Below, piece by piece: positions 9,183 to 16,934 of a stretch of DNA of 32,000 bases. The translations under genes and the position numbers were made by a program. This stretch comes from Candidatus Electrothrix sp. GW3-4 (GTDB lineage: Bacteria; Desulfobacterota; Desulfobulbia; Desulfobulbales; Desulfobulbaceae). The stretch covers positions 1,980,001 through 2,012,000 of the forward strand of contig NZ_CP147990.1 in the NCBI RefSeq assembly GCF_037902255.1, written 5' to 3'. Under the pieces are notes generated by a model that searched no databases, was not told the DNA's origin, and saw only the letters and a list, made by a program, of their open reading frames with translations. Each line of letters begins with the position of its first letter. Position 1 is the stretch's first letter.

Positions 9183-9290
9183 GTAGGTTGGGGTGAGCTT
9201 TGCGAACCCCAACATCAACGGCTGTTCATTATTTTTGTTGGGGTTCGTTTCTCTCTTTTGTTGGGGTTCGTTCCTCTCACCCCAACCTAC
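9183..9290. repeat. REP doublet (REPIN-like), left of RAYT
   Basis: GTAG + hairpin GTTGGGG-N13-CCCCAAC (9183-9213) and the inverted partner GTTGGGG-N13-CCCCAAC + CTAC (9260-9290). An extra half copy begins with gttgggg at 9237-9243. The 15-nt ends gtaggttggggtgag / ctcaccccaacctac are exact reverse complements. Confidence 0.85.
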
Positions 9291-9294
9291 GTAT

Positions 9295-9825
9295 TCATTC
9301 ATATTTATTGGCATTCACCTGAAATATCGGTTCTTCGGACCAATCAGGCGGATATTGACCGTTTTTGACGGCCTGATGAAATGTTGAATACGGCCAATCC
9401 GCAACGCGGGCAACGTGACCGTGTTTGACCTGGTTGTAATGGATGTAGTTCACATGGTTCATGTAATCTTGCTCGTCCCGGATCAGGTGTTCCCAATACC
9501 TCCGTTGCCAGATGCCCCGTTCACCCTTGGCGATTCGGCTTTTGCTCCGTTGTTCATCAGCAGGGATACAGCGTGAAAATCCGGCCTTAATCAGGGACCA
9601 GCGCATGGGATAATTTGCATCGCCCTCCGGCAACGTCCAGATTGCATGGAGATGATCGGGCAGCACCACCATCACATCAATGCAAAAGGGATGTGATGTC
9701 AGCACGTTTTGCACGGCATCCCGTAAATCGTCAATGTGATCAACGAGCAGGGTTTGGCTCCGGTCCGCCAGATTGACCGTGAAGAAATATGTCCCTCCCG
9801 GCACATACACCCGTCGATATTGCAT
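9295..9825 (-). CDS. REP-associated tyrosine transposase (RAYT, IS200/IS605-like Y1 HUH family)
   Basis: 176 aa. Near-colinear with E. coli TnpA-REP/YafM as I recall it: YRRVYVPGGTYFFTVNL, HUH motif VVLPDHLHAIWTLPEGD, IWQRRYWEH, catalytic-Tyr block VNYIHYNQVKHGHV, DWPYSTFH. Confidence 0.92.
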   Translation of the reverse strand: MQYRRVYVPGGTYFFTVNLADRSQTLLVDHIDDLRDAVQNVLTSHPFCIDVMVVLPDHLHAIWTLPEGDANYPMRWSLIKAGFSRCIPADEQRSKSRIAKGERGIWQRRYWEHLIRDEQDYMNHVNYIHYNQVKHGHVARVADWPYSTFHQAVKNGQYPPDWSEEPIFQVNANKYE

Positions 9826-9855
9826 TCAATTATCCATATCCGTCATCCGTGATTC

Positions 9856-10032
9856 GTAGGTTGGGGTGAGCTTTGCGAACCCCAACATCAACGGCGACAA
9901 CATATCACGTCAAAATTCCGACACCGTTAATCGGGAGGACATTTCAACATGTTTGATAAAATACCGGTCGTTATTTTTGTTGAGATTGGTTTCTCTCTTT
10001 TGTTGGGGTTCGTTTCTCTCACTCCAACCTAC
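9856..10032. repeat. REP doublet (REPIN-like), right of RAYT
   Basis: GTAG + GTTGGGG-N13-CCCCAAC (9856-9886), identical to the left copy through ...atcaacgg. Inverted partner GTTGGGG-N13-CTCCAAC + CTAC (10002-10032). Degenerate half copy gttgagattggtttctctc at 9979-9997. The inner spacer is longer than in the left doublet. Confidence 0.85.
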
Positions 10033-10047
10033 GAAGACACAAAAGAA

Positions 10048-10443
10048 TCAGTCCGTAAAATATTTTCGTTCGATATGTATCACCTCTCCATACTTGTCAA
10101 ATACAATCGTCCGAAGCCAATAATTGCGGTCTACTCCCCCACTCGTGTATCTCCATATTTCCTTGGGGACACTACCTGTGTAGTACTCCTTATTTATTGG
10201 TTCCCCAAGAAGGCTAATTACTTGTTTTTGTTTCATACCGAGAGTCAGCGAGCCGAATGCTTTTTCTGAAAATTCGGTTGAGTATCTCGTTGTATCTTCG
10301 TACAGAAATATAGTATGCAATAAAGCGTCCGATAATCCATTATACTTAGTCCCATAGCGCAATATGCTACTTAATAAGACTAAAATAAACATACTGGTAA
10401 GAATAGCAAAACCCGTCAAGATACGGAGTACTGTGAGGTTCAT
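10048..10443 (-). CDS. putative Rhs-toxin immunity protein; N-terminal TM anchor + SmpA/OmlA (BamE)-like segment
   Basis: The ATG at 10441-10443 overlaps the rhs stop TGA (10440-10442) as ATGA. 131 aa: MNLTVLRILTGFAILTSMFILVLLSSIL (one TM helix), then ...LGMKQKQVISLLGEP...WRY...VFDKYGEV, which resembles the BamE-type motif. AT-rich like the toxin tip. Confidence 0.6.
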   Translation of the reverse strand: MNLTVLRILTGFAILTSMFILVLLSSILRYGTKYNGLSDALLHTIFLYEDTTRYSTEFSEKAFGSLTLGMKQKQVISLLGEPINKEYYTGSVPKEIWRYTSGGVDRNYWLRTIVFDKYGEVIHIERKYFTD

Positions 10444-13400
10444 TGTTTGATACACTTGTTACTATCGTACCTATAAACAGGACCTCCAAATTCCACTTCA
10501 GAATCATCAATAAGAGGATGAAATATTCCACCTATTCGAAGAATATCCCCCCAAAGACTATCATAGTCATTTGGTCGTATCCATTCTGGTAGATGAACCC
10601 AAGAGCCAAAAATACCTCTAAGCTTGATTGTTTGGTCGCCATAGTAAACGGCATCAATATCGTTGCTCGCAAATGGCGTATCGGGAAAAAGAGTCCAAGG
10701 TGGAACTTCATACTGAAGCTGACCTGTACCATAAGGATTGTTGCCGCTAACTATTACGCTTTCACTAGTCAGGTTTATAAGGTGTCCCGTATGAAAGAAT
10801 TGTGCAACGGAAGACTCGGCATCAAGTCCAAACGGATCAATCAACCTAATCGGATTACCCTCCACATAGGCAAACAAATTCTTATTCCAAATCGGATCTT
10901 CCCCAAGAAACCGCCGCAGCTCAGGCTGATAATACCTCGCCCGCATATAATACAACCCGTTCCCCTCATACATCACCCCGTACTGCCCCACATAACGGAA
11001 CGGATTAAACGCCTCCTCCTGCACCGCATTCACCGTGCCGTAGGCAGTATAGGCATACTGATGGGTGACATTGCCGACCTCATCGGTCATGGCCACAGTG
11101 CTGCCTCGGAAATCATAATGAAAACTCCGGTAGGCCCCGTTCTTCTCCTGCCCGATCAGGCCGATCCCATACACATAAAAAGTCTTTTCCCCGGCCTGAT
11201 CCTCCCGGACCAGCACCTGACTCAGTGGGGCATTGGGATTGACCACATAGCGGGTTGCGGCCCCGCCCTCTGTCACCGTAATGCGCTGATTCTCCGCATC
11301 ATAGGTATAGACGGTGCTACCGACCTGGCGCAGGCGGTTGCGGGAATCAAAGACAAAGGAGGCAGCCTTTCCGTTCAACGGCCCCTGCACCATATTGCCG
11401 TCCGCATCGTGCGAAACCGTCAGGCCGTTGTAGCTCGCCAGCTGATTGGCCGGGCCATAGGTCATCTTTGCCGGACTGATCGCCACCGGCTCAGGCGCGG
11501 GTGTGGCCTTTTCCTCGACAATATTGCCCACCTTGTCATAGCTGAAGTCATACTGGACAATACGCTCGCCGCCACCCTTGGCATCAATCTGGCGCAGGAG
11601 CTGTCCGGCCTCGTTGTACTCGCGGGTCACCGTGCTGTGGTTGGGTCGGGTGGTCAGGGTCAGCCGCCCTTCCTTGTCATAGGCATAGCTCGTGGTGCGG
11701 TTATTCCAGTCCGTGACGCTGACCAGCCGATCCGCTGCATCGTAGCCGTACTCCACCTGTTTGCCATCCGGGTAGGTCAGGCTGCTCAGATTGCCCACGG
11801 CATCGTATGCGTACTGCATGACATTGCCCCGGCTGTCCGTGTGCTTGATCACCCTGTCCAGGGCATCGTATTCCCGGGAGATGGTGCCGTCCACATCGCT
11901 GACCGTCAGCACATTGGAGTTGGCATCATAGGTATAACTGACTGTGCCGTCCGGGTCGCTCATTGCGGTCATCCGACCCAGGGCATCGTAGGTAAACTGC
12001 CGCTCCTGCCCCCTAGCGTTGGTCAGCTTGGCGAGCAGATCACGGGCAGTATAGCTGTACTTAACGGTGCTGCCTGCGGCTGAGGTCTCGCTGGTCCGGC
12101 GGTTATTGGCATCATAGCTGAAGCTCGTCCGGTTGCCCTTGGGATCAGTGATATCAAGGAGCTGACCCTCTTCATTAAAGGACTGGGCTGCTGTTCCGCC
12201 CAGCGGATCAACGGTTGACGACAGGCGATCAAGGGCATCGTAGTTCATCTGCACCACCCGGCCCAGCGGATCAGTGCTCTGCTTCAGCCGATTCAGCTCG
12301 TCGTATTGCAGGCCGGAGCTGTTGCCCAAGGCATCAATCATCCCGACCGGATTATCCCTGTTATCGTAGCTCAGAGCCTGTACAACCCTGCCGAAGGCAT
12401 CCTGCACAGCAAGCAGATTGCGGGTCTTGTCATAGCTCAGGGTTCGGGTATTGCCCAGGGGATCAGTCAACGCCACCATGCGACCCTTGGCATCATAACT
12501 CAGGGTGCTGCTGTTGCCTTTGGCATCAATAAGCCGGACAAGGCGGCTTTCACCGTCGTACTCGTATACTGTCTCCTGCCCCAGGGCATTGATCGCCCGG
12601 ACCATATTGCCGTTATTGTCGTACTCAAAACGGCTTTCATTCCCCTTGGCATCAACAAGCGAGAGCAGATTGCCCCTGCTGTCAGAGGTCATTTTGACGG
12701 TGTTGCCCAGCGGATCAGTGATGGAGGAGGCCCGGCAGGGGCTGGAAGTACCAGAACAAGGGAGGTCATGGTTGAACGTGGTCGTATTGCCCTCGCTGTC
12801 GAGCACAGCCGTTACACGACCGGCAGCATCATAGCGAATTGCTTCGCTGTTGCCTTCAGGACGAATCACCTTTGTCGGCAGCCCGTCTGTATATTCATAT
12901 TTGACAACCCTGCCCAGAGGCGAAGTCACAACGACCAGCTGGCCTTGCTCGTCATAGCTGAATTGCGCCGCCTTACCTAACGGATCAACAGCCCGGATCA
13001 GCCTGCCCTGATCGTCATACGCAAAGCTGCTGGTTTTCCCCAAGGCATCGGTCAGCCCGGTGAGAGAGTTGTTCGCATCATAGCTCATGGCCGTGACCTT
13101 GCCGTCCGCATCCGTGACCGAGGTCATGTTGCCTTGCTCATCATAGGCAAAGCTGCTGCCGTGCCCGTTTGCATCCACAGCAGAGGTACGGTTGCCCTTG
13201 GCATCATAGCTGTACACGGCACTGGGATTGCCGAGTTCGTCGATCTTTTCCAGCATCCGGTACTGGCCGTCAAAGGTATATTGGCTGACTGCTCCGTTCC
13301 GATCAGTGACTGTGGTGATGATCCGGTCAGGCTGGCTCTCGTCGTAGGTAAGAGTTATCTCGCTGTTGTCCGGCAGGCCGTCATCCTGAGCAATAACCCG

Positions 13401-15320
13401 GCCCTGAGCATCAAAGGTGTTGGCAAAAAGCTGATACCCCTCTGAGCTGGTCCCGGTGAGAATCTGATCCTGATCGTTCCAGGTAAAGCTGATGGTATGC
13501 TCATACGGGTCGGTGATGCTCGTCAGGCGGCGGTCGGTATCATAGCTCAGGCTCACCTGACGGCCTATGGGATCGGTTACGCTTGCCAGCAAGCCCGAAG
13601 CAGTATAGGCATATTCAAGAAAAACCCCGGACACCGGCTCGGTGATCCGTTGCAGCCGCTCAGAGCTGTCATAGCTGAACTGGAGGGCGCGGCTCTGTGC
13701 ATCGCTGAGTTCGACAAGCCGACCGGCAGCATCGAAGAGATAGACAGTCTTATCCTGCCGGGTCAGGGTGTAGCTGTTATCGCTGTTTTTGACCAGCTTA
13801 TCGTAAAGACAGGCTTCGTCCAAAGAGCTGTACACGCCGTTGCCGTCATGATTGAAACGGTTGGTCCTGTTTTCCGCCCACTCCACGTTTACGGCCTCGT
13901 TGTCGGCAGGCTGTATTCTGGCTGCAAAATCGTAATTCAGACTCCATGCCCTGCCAGCTATCCCCTCCTGATCAACAACCAACGAATTATAGGCCAGATT
14001 AAAGGAAATCGGCACAAGCCCCTGAACCGATAACAGACGGTACTCCAAAAACTGGGCACCGGTGGAGATGTCTATAGGATCAGCACAACTTTTCTCACAC
14101 TTGCGACAGTCGCTGCATGACGTGCTGTTGCTCCGGGAATAGGGAGTGCTCCAGTTGGATTCCCTTATTGACACCGAGGCAGAACGACCAGTACGCGGAT
14201 AAACATCACCGAAGACCGTATTGCCCGATCGATCCGAGGTGACGGTGGAAATAGTATCGCTGTCGAACTTATAGTATAATTTTGAACCGCTGATTGTGCC
14301 GCTCCAGCCGTGATCCACGTATTTTTCATAATATCCGTTGGCATCGCTGGTGACAGGGAACTCGCCTGAAAAAGAAACCGTAACCTCTGGAATACGCCGA
14401 CCGTTATACCGCTCGGTATAGCCTGAGATCTTGTGCTTGGATTGTCCGCAAATCAGATCAATACCGGATGTGTCAGCAGTTACATTGGAGACAGAAACAC
14501 AGGAGAAATCGCAGCCGCTCCTAGTCGCGCAGACCTCACCGCTCCAGCCGTTGGGCACGGTTTGGCTGTATTCACCGCCGCTGATGCTCTGCACCGAGGA
14601 AAGGCCGGTAAAAGTGACTGTGGCGTTGAGAATCGCAGTGCCGTCGGATTTTATTGTTCTGCCGGAGAGGGTGTAGCTGTCTGGGTCTGTTGATAAGGTG
14701 GTAGCGGTTTGGCAGGCGGTAAAATCAGAGCTGCCATCGTCATTATTTGCCCTCACCTTGTAGCTGTAGGTAGTCTCCGGGTTTAATCCCTTGACAAGAT
14801 AGGAAGTCTGGGTTGTGTTACCGATGAAACTACCGGCGCAGGTATAGACATCGTAACCCGTGGCATCGCTTACAAAGTTCCAAGAGAGGTCAATACCAGT
14901 GGAACTCTGGGGGGTCGCGGTGAATGAAGATGGTATTCTCGGTAATGTAGTGGACGGCCATGACAGAGTGAAATATACATCTTTACTTTTATAACTGTAA
15001 AGATCACCTACCCATACCTCAACAGCGTATTTATTGCCTTCGTTATACGTCATCGAAATAGTCCAGCTATATGAGCCGTTGTTCGGCGCATTTAATGCAA
15101 TGGGGCCTTGTTGCACACCATTTTTGTATAAATAAATGTTAACTGTGGAGCTTGTACTATCCGTATCCCACTGGATATTACGAGTCTCACCGGTGTACCA
15201 TACATCCCCTGCAACCGGACTGGTGATATTGATATACTCTGCTGCCCAAGTTGCCAGAGGAGTTAAAAAGGTGAGGAGGAAAAGGAAGAGCGGAAGGATG
15301 AATCGGCAAGAAGGTTTCAT
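10440..15320 (-). CDS. Rhs/YD-repeat polymorphic toxin with Sec signal peptide, FN3-containing N-terminal region and unassigned C-terminal toxin tip
   Basis: ORF 10440..15404. The likely start is the ATG at 15318-15320 (aaggaa SD; MKPSCRFILPLFLFLLTFLTPLATWAAEY). FN3-like IDLSWN..ATGYDVY..GLNPETTYSYKVRANN. Dozens of YD repeats (xYxYDxxGRL/N). Rhs core end GLYYMRARYYQPELRRFLGEDP...NPIRLIDPFGL, followed by a 127-aa tip. Confidence 0.92.
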   Translation of the reverse strand: MKPSCRFILPLFLFLLTFLTPLATWAAEYINITSPVAGDVWYTGETRNIQWDTDSTSSTVNIYLYKNGVQQGPIALNAPNNGSYSWTISMTYNEGNKYAVEVWVGDLYSYKSKDVYFTLSWPSTTLPRIPSSFTATPQSSTGIDLSWNFVSDATGYDVYTCAGSFIGNTTQTSYLVKGLNPETTYSYKVRANNDDGSSDFTACQTATTLSTDPDSYTLSGRTIKSDGTAILNATVTFTGLSSVQSISGGEYSQTVPNGWSGEVCATRSGCDFSCVSVSNVTADTSGIDLICGQSKHKISGYTERYNGRRIPEVTVSFSGEFPVTSDANGYYEKYVDHGWSGTISGSKLYYKFDSDTISTVTSDRSGNTVFGDVYPRTGRSASVSIRESNWSTPYSRSNSTSCSDCRKCEKSCADPIDISTGAQFLEYRLLSVQGLVPISFNLAYNSLVVDQEGIAGRAWSLNYDFAARIQPADNEAVNVEWAENRTNRFNHDGNGVYSSLDEACLYDKLVKNSDNSYTLTRQDKTVYLFDAAGRLVELSDAQSRALQFSYDSSERLQRITEPVSGVFLEYAYTASGLLASVTDPIGRQVSLSYDTDRRLTSITDPYEHTISFTWNDQDQILTGTSSEGYQLFANTFDAQGRVIAQDDGLPDNSEITLTYDESQPDRIITTVTDRNGAVSQYTFDGQYRMLEKIDELGNPSAVYSYDAKGNRTSAVDANGHGSSFAYDEQGNMTSVTDADGKVTAMSYDANNSLTGLTDALGKTSSFAYDDQGRLIRAVDPLGKAAQFSYDEQGQLVVVTSPLGRVVKYEYTDGLPTKVIRPEGNSEAIRYDAAGRVTAVLDSEGNTTTFNHDLPCSGTSSPCRASSITDPLGNTVKMTSDSRGNLLSLVDAKGNESRFEYDNNGNMVRAINALGQETVYEYDGESRLVRLIDAKGNSSTLSYDAKGRMVALTDPLGNTRTLSYDKTRNLLAVQDAFGRVVQALSYDNRDNPVGMIDALGNSSGLQYDELNRLKQSTDPLGRVVQMNYDALDRLSSTVDPLGGTAAQSFNEEGQLLDITDPKGNRTSFSYDANNRRTSETSAAGSTVKYSYTARDLLAKLTNARGQERQFTYDALGRMTAMSDPDGTVSYTYDANSNVLTVSDVDGTISREYDALDRVIKHTDSRGNVMQYAYDAVGNLSSLTYPDGKQVEYGYDAADRLVSVTDWNNRTTSYAYDKEGRLTLTTRPNHSTVTREYNEAGQLLRQIDAKGGGERIVQYDFSYDKVGNIVEEKATPAPEPVAISPAKMTYGPANQLASYNGLTVSHDADGNMVQGPLNGKAASFVFDSRNRLRQVGSTVYTYDAENQRITVTEGGAATRYVVNPNAPLSQVLVREDQAGEKTFYVYGIGLIGQEKNGAYRSFHYDFRGSTVAMTDEVGNVTHQYAYTAYGTVNAVQEEAFNPFRYVGQYGVMYEGNGLYYMRARYYQPELRRFLGEDPIWNKNLFAYVEGNPIRLIDPFGLDAESSVAQFFHTGHLINLTSESVIVSGNNPYGTGQLQYEVPPWTLFPDTPFASNDIDAVYYGDQTIKLRGIFGSWVHLPEWIRPNDYDSLWGDILRIGGIFHPLIDDSEVEFGGPVYRYDSNKCIKQ

Positions 15321-15345
15321 GACGGTTCCTTGATCGTTAGAAGCA

Positions 15346-15528
15346 AAAGCAGGCAACCCGGCGGTCTCCTCTCGGAGATCCGTGGCTTTCCGACACCGCC
15401 TCACGACGGCTGTGGCTTTATCAACTTTCCTGTTCCGACCGGAAAGTCAAGGCACCTGCTCAGTGGATAAGCATTGCCATTTGTTATGGTAAACGCAACA
15501 TAGCTTTGTTACTTCGTCTTTGTCAATT
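15346..15528 (-). promoter_or_regulatory. repeat copy 1: sigma70-like promoter + ~170-nt structured leader upstream of rhs
   Basis: Minus strand: TTGACA (15526-15521), N18, TATGTT (15502-15497). Closing helix GCAGGUG/UUGCCUGC spans 15459..15349. Three internal hairpins: 15446-15425; 15410-15395 with a GUGA loop; 15380-15363 with a GAGA loop. Roughly 90% identical by eye to 16935-17120. Confidence 0.5.
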
Positions 15529-15781
15529 GTTTTTTCAGAGGATTGCTTGAAGGGGGCGAAAACGGGAAGCAAAGCCGAAGCAATCAACTTTGATCACGCT
15601 TGATGTTTTAAACATAGCCCCCCCTTTCCGCGCAATATCCCCCCACCGCACAAACTGCCCCCGCAACCCCGGCTCATCTCTGAACGCCCTGAAATAAACA
15701 TACTCAGGAGCCAAATCAGCACCGTTGGGGCGCACTATCATCCTTCAGGTCTGAGCCTGTTTTGATATACAAAGGCATGAT

Positions 15782-16792
15782 TCACTCCAGCGACGCCTCG
15801 ACCTCGGCAAGATCATCCGTAACCTTTATGATGTGTTTAATCATATTCAGACGCTCAATATCCCTGATCCGCCGAATCTCCGGCAGCAGCCGTAGCCCTT
15901 TTGCGCCGAACTTGACCGACAAACCCATCTCAATCGCTTCGAGCGTACCTTCCAGCAGTCCTTCCAACATACCCTGCTGTCGCCCTTCGAGCATACCTTT
16001 CTGGCGTCCTTCCGAAACTCCACGCTTGAACCCGATCCTCTCCACGCTCGTCACATACCGCACCTTTTTTTCCTCCTCATATTCGCCGATCTCCTGCCAG
16101 AACTCTTCTCCCATGTATTCCGGCAGAGCCATCATCCAGTCGATAAAGTGAAAAAGCCGGATCACATCCTCTTTCTTATAATCGTGTTCATACAGCTTTC
16201 TCACCAGATACAGTTTCCATTTTTTCCTTCCGTCGGCATCATGACGTGTTTCCTGTGTTTTCAGATGGGCCGTCACGGCCAGCGCAAAGGGATTGGCGTT
16301 TTCTTCCGTAATATCCCGGCGGTCCGCATAATCAAGAATCTTCACGCTCGGAAAACGGATACCGACCCTGCATCCCCAGAGTTCATAGCCAAAATGGTCG
16401 GGCCGCCAGCCTTTCCGTTCGTCGGCCAATACGGCCAGACTGACCACCGGCCTGCGGAACCGATCAAAAATCCGGTAATTGTACACGAACATGCGCTCCT
16501 CGAAGCTTCTTTCCTCCTGCCCCTGCACTTCCACATGGACCAGCACCTATGCCTCGTCGCCGTTTTTTCGCCACAGCCGGACAAGCTTGTCCGCATACCG
16601 CCTGCCGAGTTCGGCGTCACGGGTTACCTGCTGAAATTCCTTGTCGAGAAAGAGATAGCCCCGTTCCCAGTCTGTTTCTTCGGTGATTTCAGGAAAGAAG
16701 AAGGTGATGAATTCCTGAAAATAACATTCCAGAATCTCCTTCCACGGGCTGTCGAAGTCCTGCCGCTCTGTTGCTCTGGGGCTGTCTGTCAT
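15782..16792 (-). pseudogene. Rpn-family PD-(D/E)XK nuclease / putative transposase with C-terminal DUF4351-like region, interrupted by an in-frame TAG
   Basis: ORFs 16547..16792 and 15782..16546 are contiguous in one frame: ...RLWRKNGDEA-TAG-VLVHVEVQGQEE. N-terminus DSPWKEILECYFQEFITFFFPEI and C-terminus EGRQKGMLEGRQQGMLEGLLEG...FGAKGL...IRRIRDIERL are typical of this family. The stop (16547-16549) separates the Asp-containing strand from the ExQ strand. Confidence 0.75.
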
Positions 16793-16934
16793 TGTTATTT
16801 TGACTGTATGGAATATTTCGGTAAACAGAAGCGATGGCAGGCGGAAATCAACCGGCCTGTACGACGGAAAAGTCTATCCTGAACAGAAATTTTCCGGGTG
16901 GAACTCATAACATACTTGCCGATCTTCAAAGGTT

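Larger units (their letters stand above)
9183..10032 (-). mobile_element. RAYT gene with flanking REP doublets (domesticated-transposase/REP unit)
   Basis: The RAYT CDS sits 4 nt from the CTAC end of the left doublet and 31 nt from the GTAG start of the right doublet. Confidence 0.8.

Noticed and set aside
9183-10032. Possible CRISPR array, given the repeated ~30-nt palindromic units
   Set aside because: There are only two doublets. The units occur in inverted pairs with GTAG/CTAC ends flanking a RAYT gene. There is no regular repeat-spacer periodicity and no cas genes. These are REP elements.
9159-10123. ORFs 9193..9387 and 9866..10123 (both start MSFANPNING) and the N-terminal extension of ORF 7761..9314 (GWGERNEPQQ...LGFAKLTPTY)
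   Set aside because: These are translations of the REP hairpins. The same peptide appears wherever the repeat occurs, which is a well-known annotation artefact.
10593-12083. 496-aa plus-strand ORF (plus 12306..12980, 13497..14033 and others)
   Set aside because: These lie antisense to the Rhs gene. Their sequence is low-complexity and rich in I/G/R/H/A with no motifs, while the minus strand carries unmistakable YD repeats. They are shadow ORFs.
15349-15459. Leader core as a known RNA: tRNA-like cloverleaf, cobalamin riboswitch (GGAGACC, GCCAC strings) or c-di-GMP-I (GGCAACCC, ACGCAAC strings)
   Set aside because: Arm lengths and loops do not fit a tRNA. The B12-box-like GGAGACC is not conserved in copy 2. 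The GEMM-like strings are on the wrong strand and far too widely spaced. It is treated as an unassigned structure.
15535-15741. 68-aa minus-strand ORF between rpn and the rhs leader
   Set aside because: It has no recognisable motif. Its 3' part overlaps an 8-bp inverted repeat (GATTGCTT...AAGCAATC). It may be a gene remnant, and there is not enough support to call it.
16547-16549. The TAG as pyrrolysine or programmed recoding
   Set aside because: No pyl genes or recoding signals are visible in the window. A single-base nonsense mutation or reinitiation at the adjacent GTG is the simpler explanation.
16148-16882. 244-aa plus-strand ORF
   Set aside because: It lies antisense to the rpn-like gene and has no recognisable motifs.
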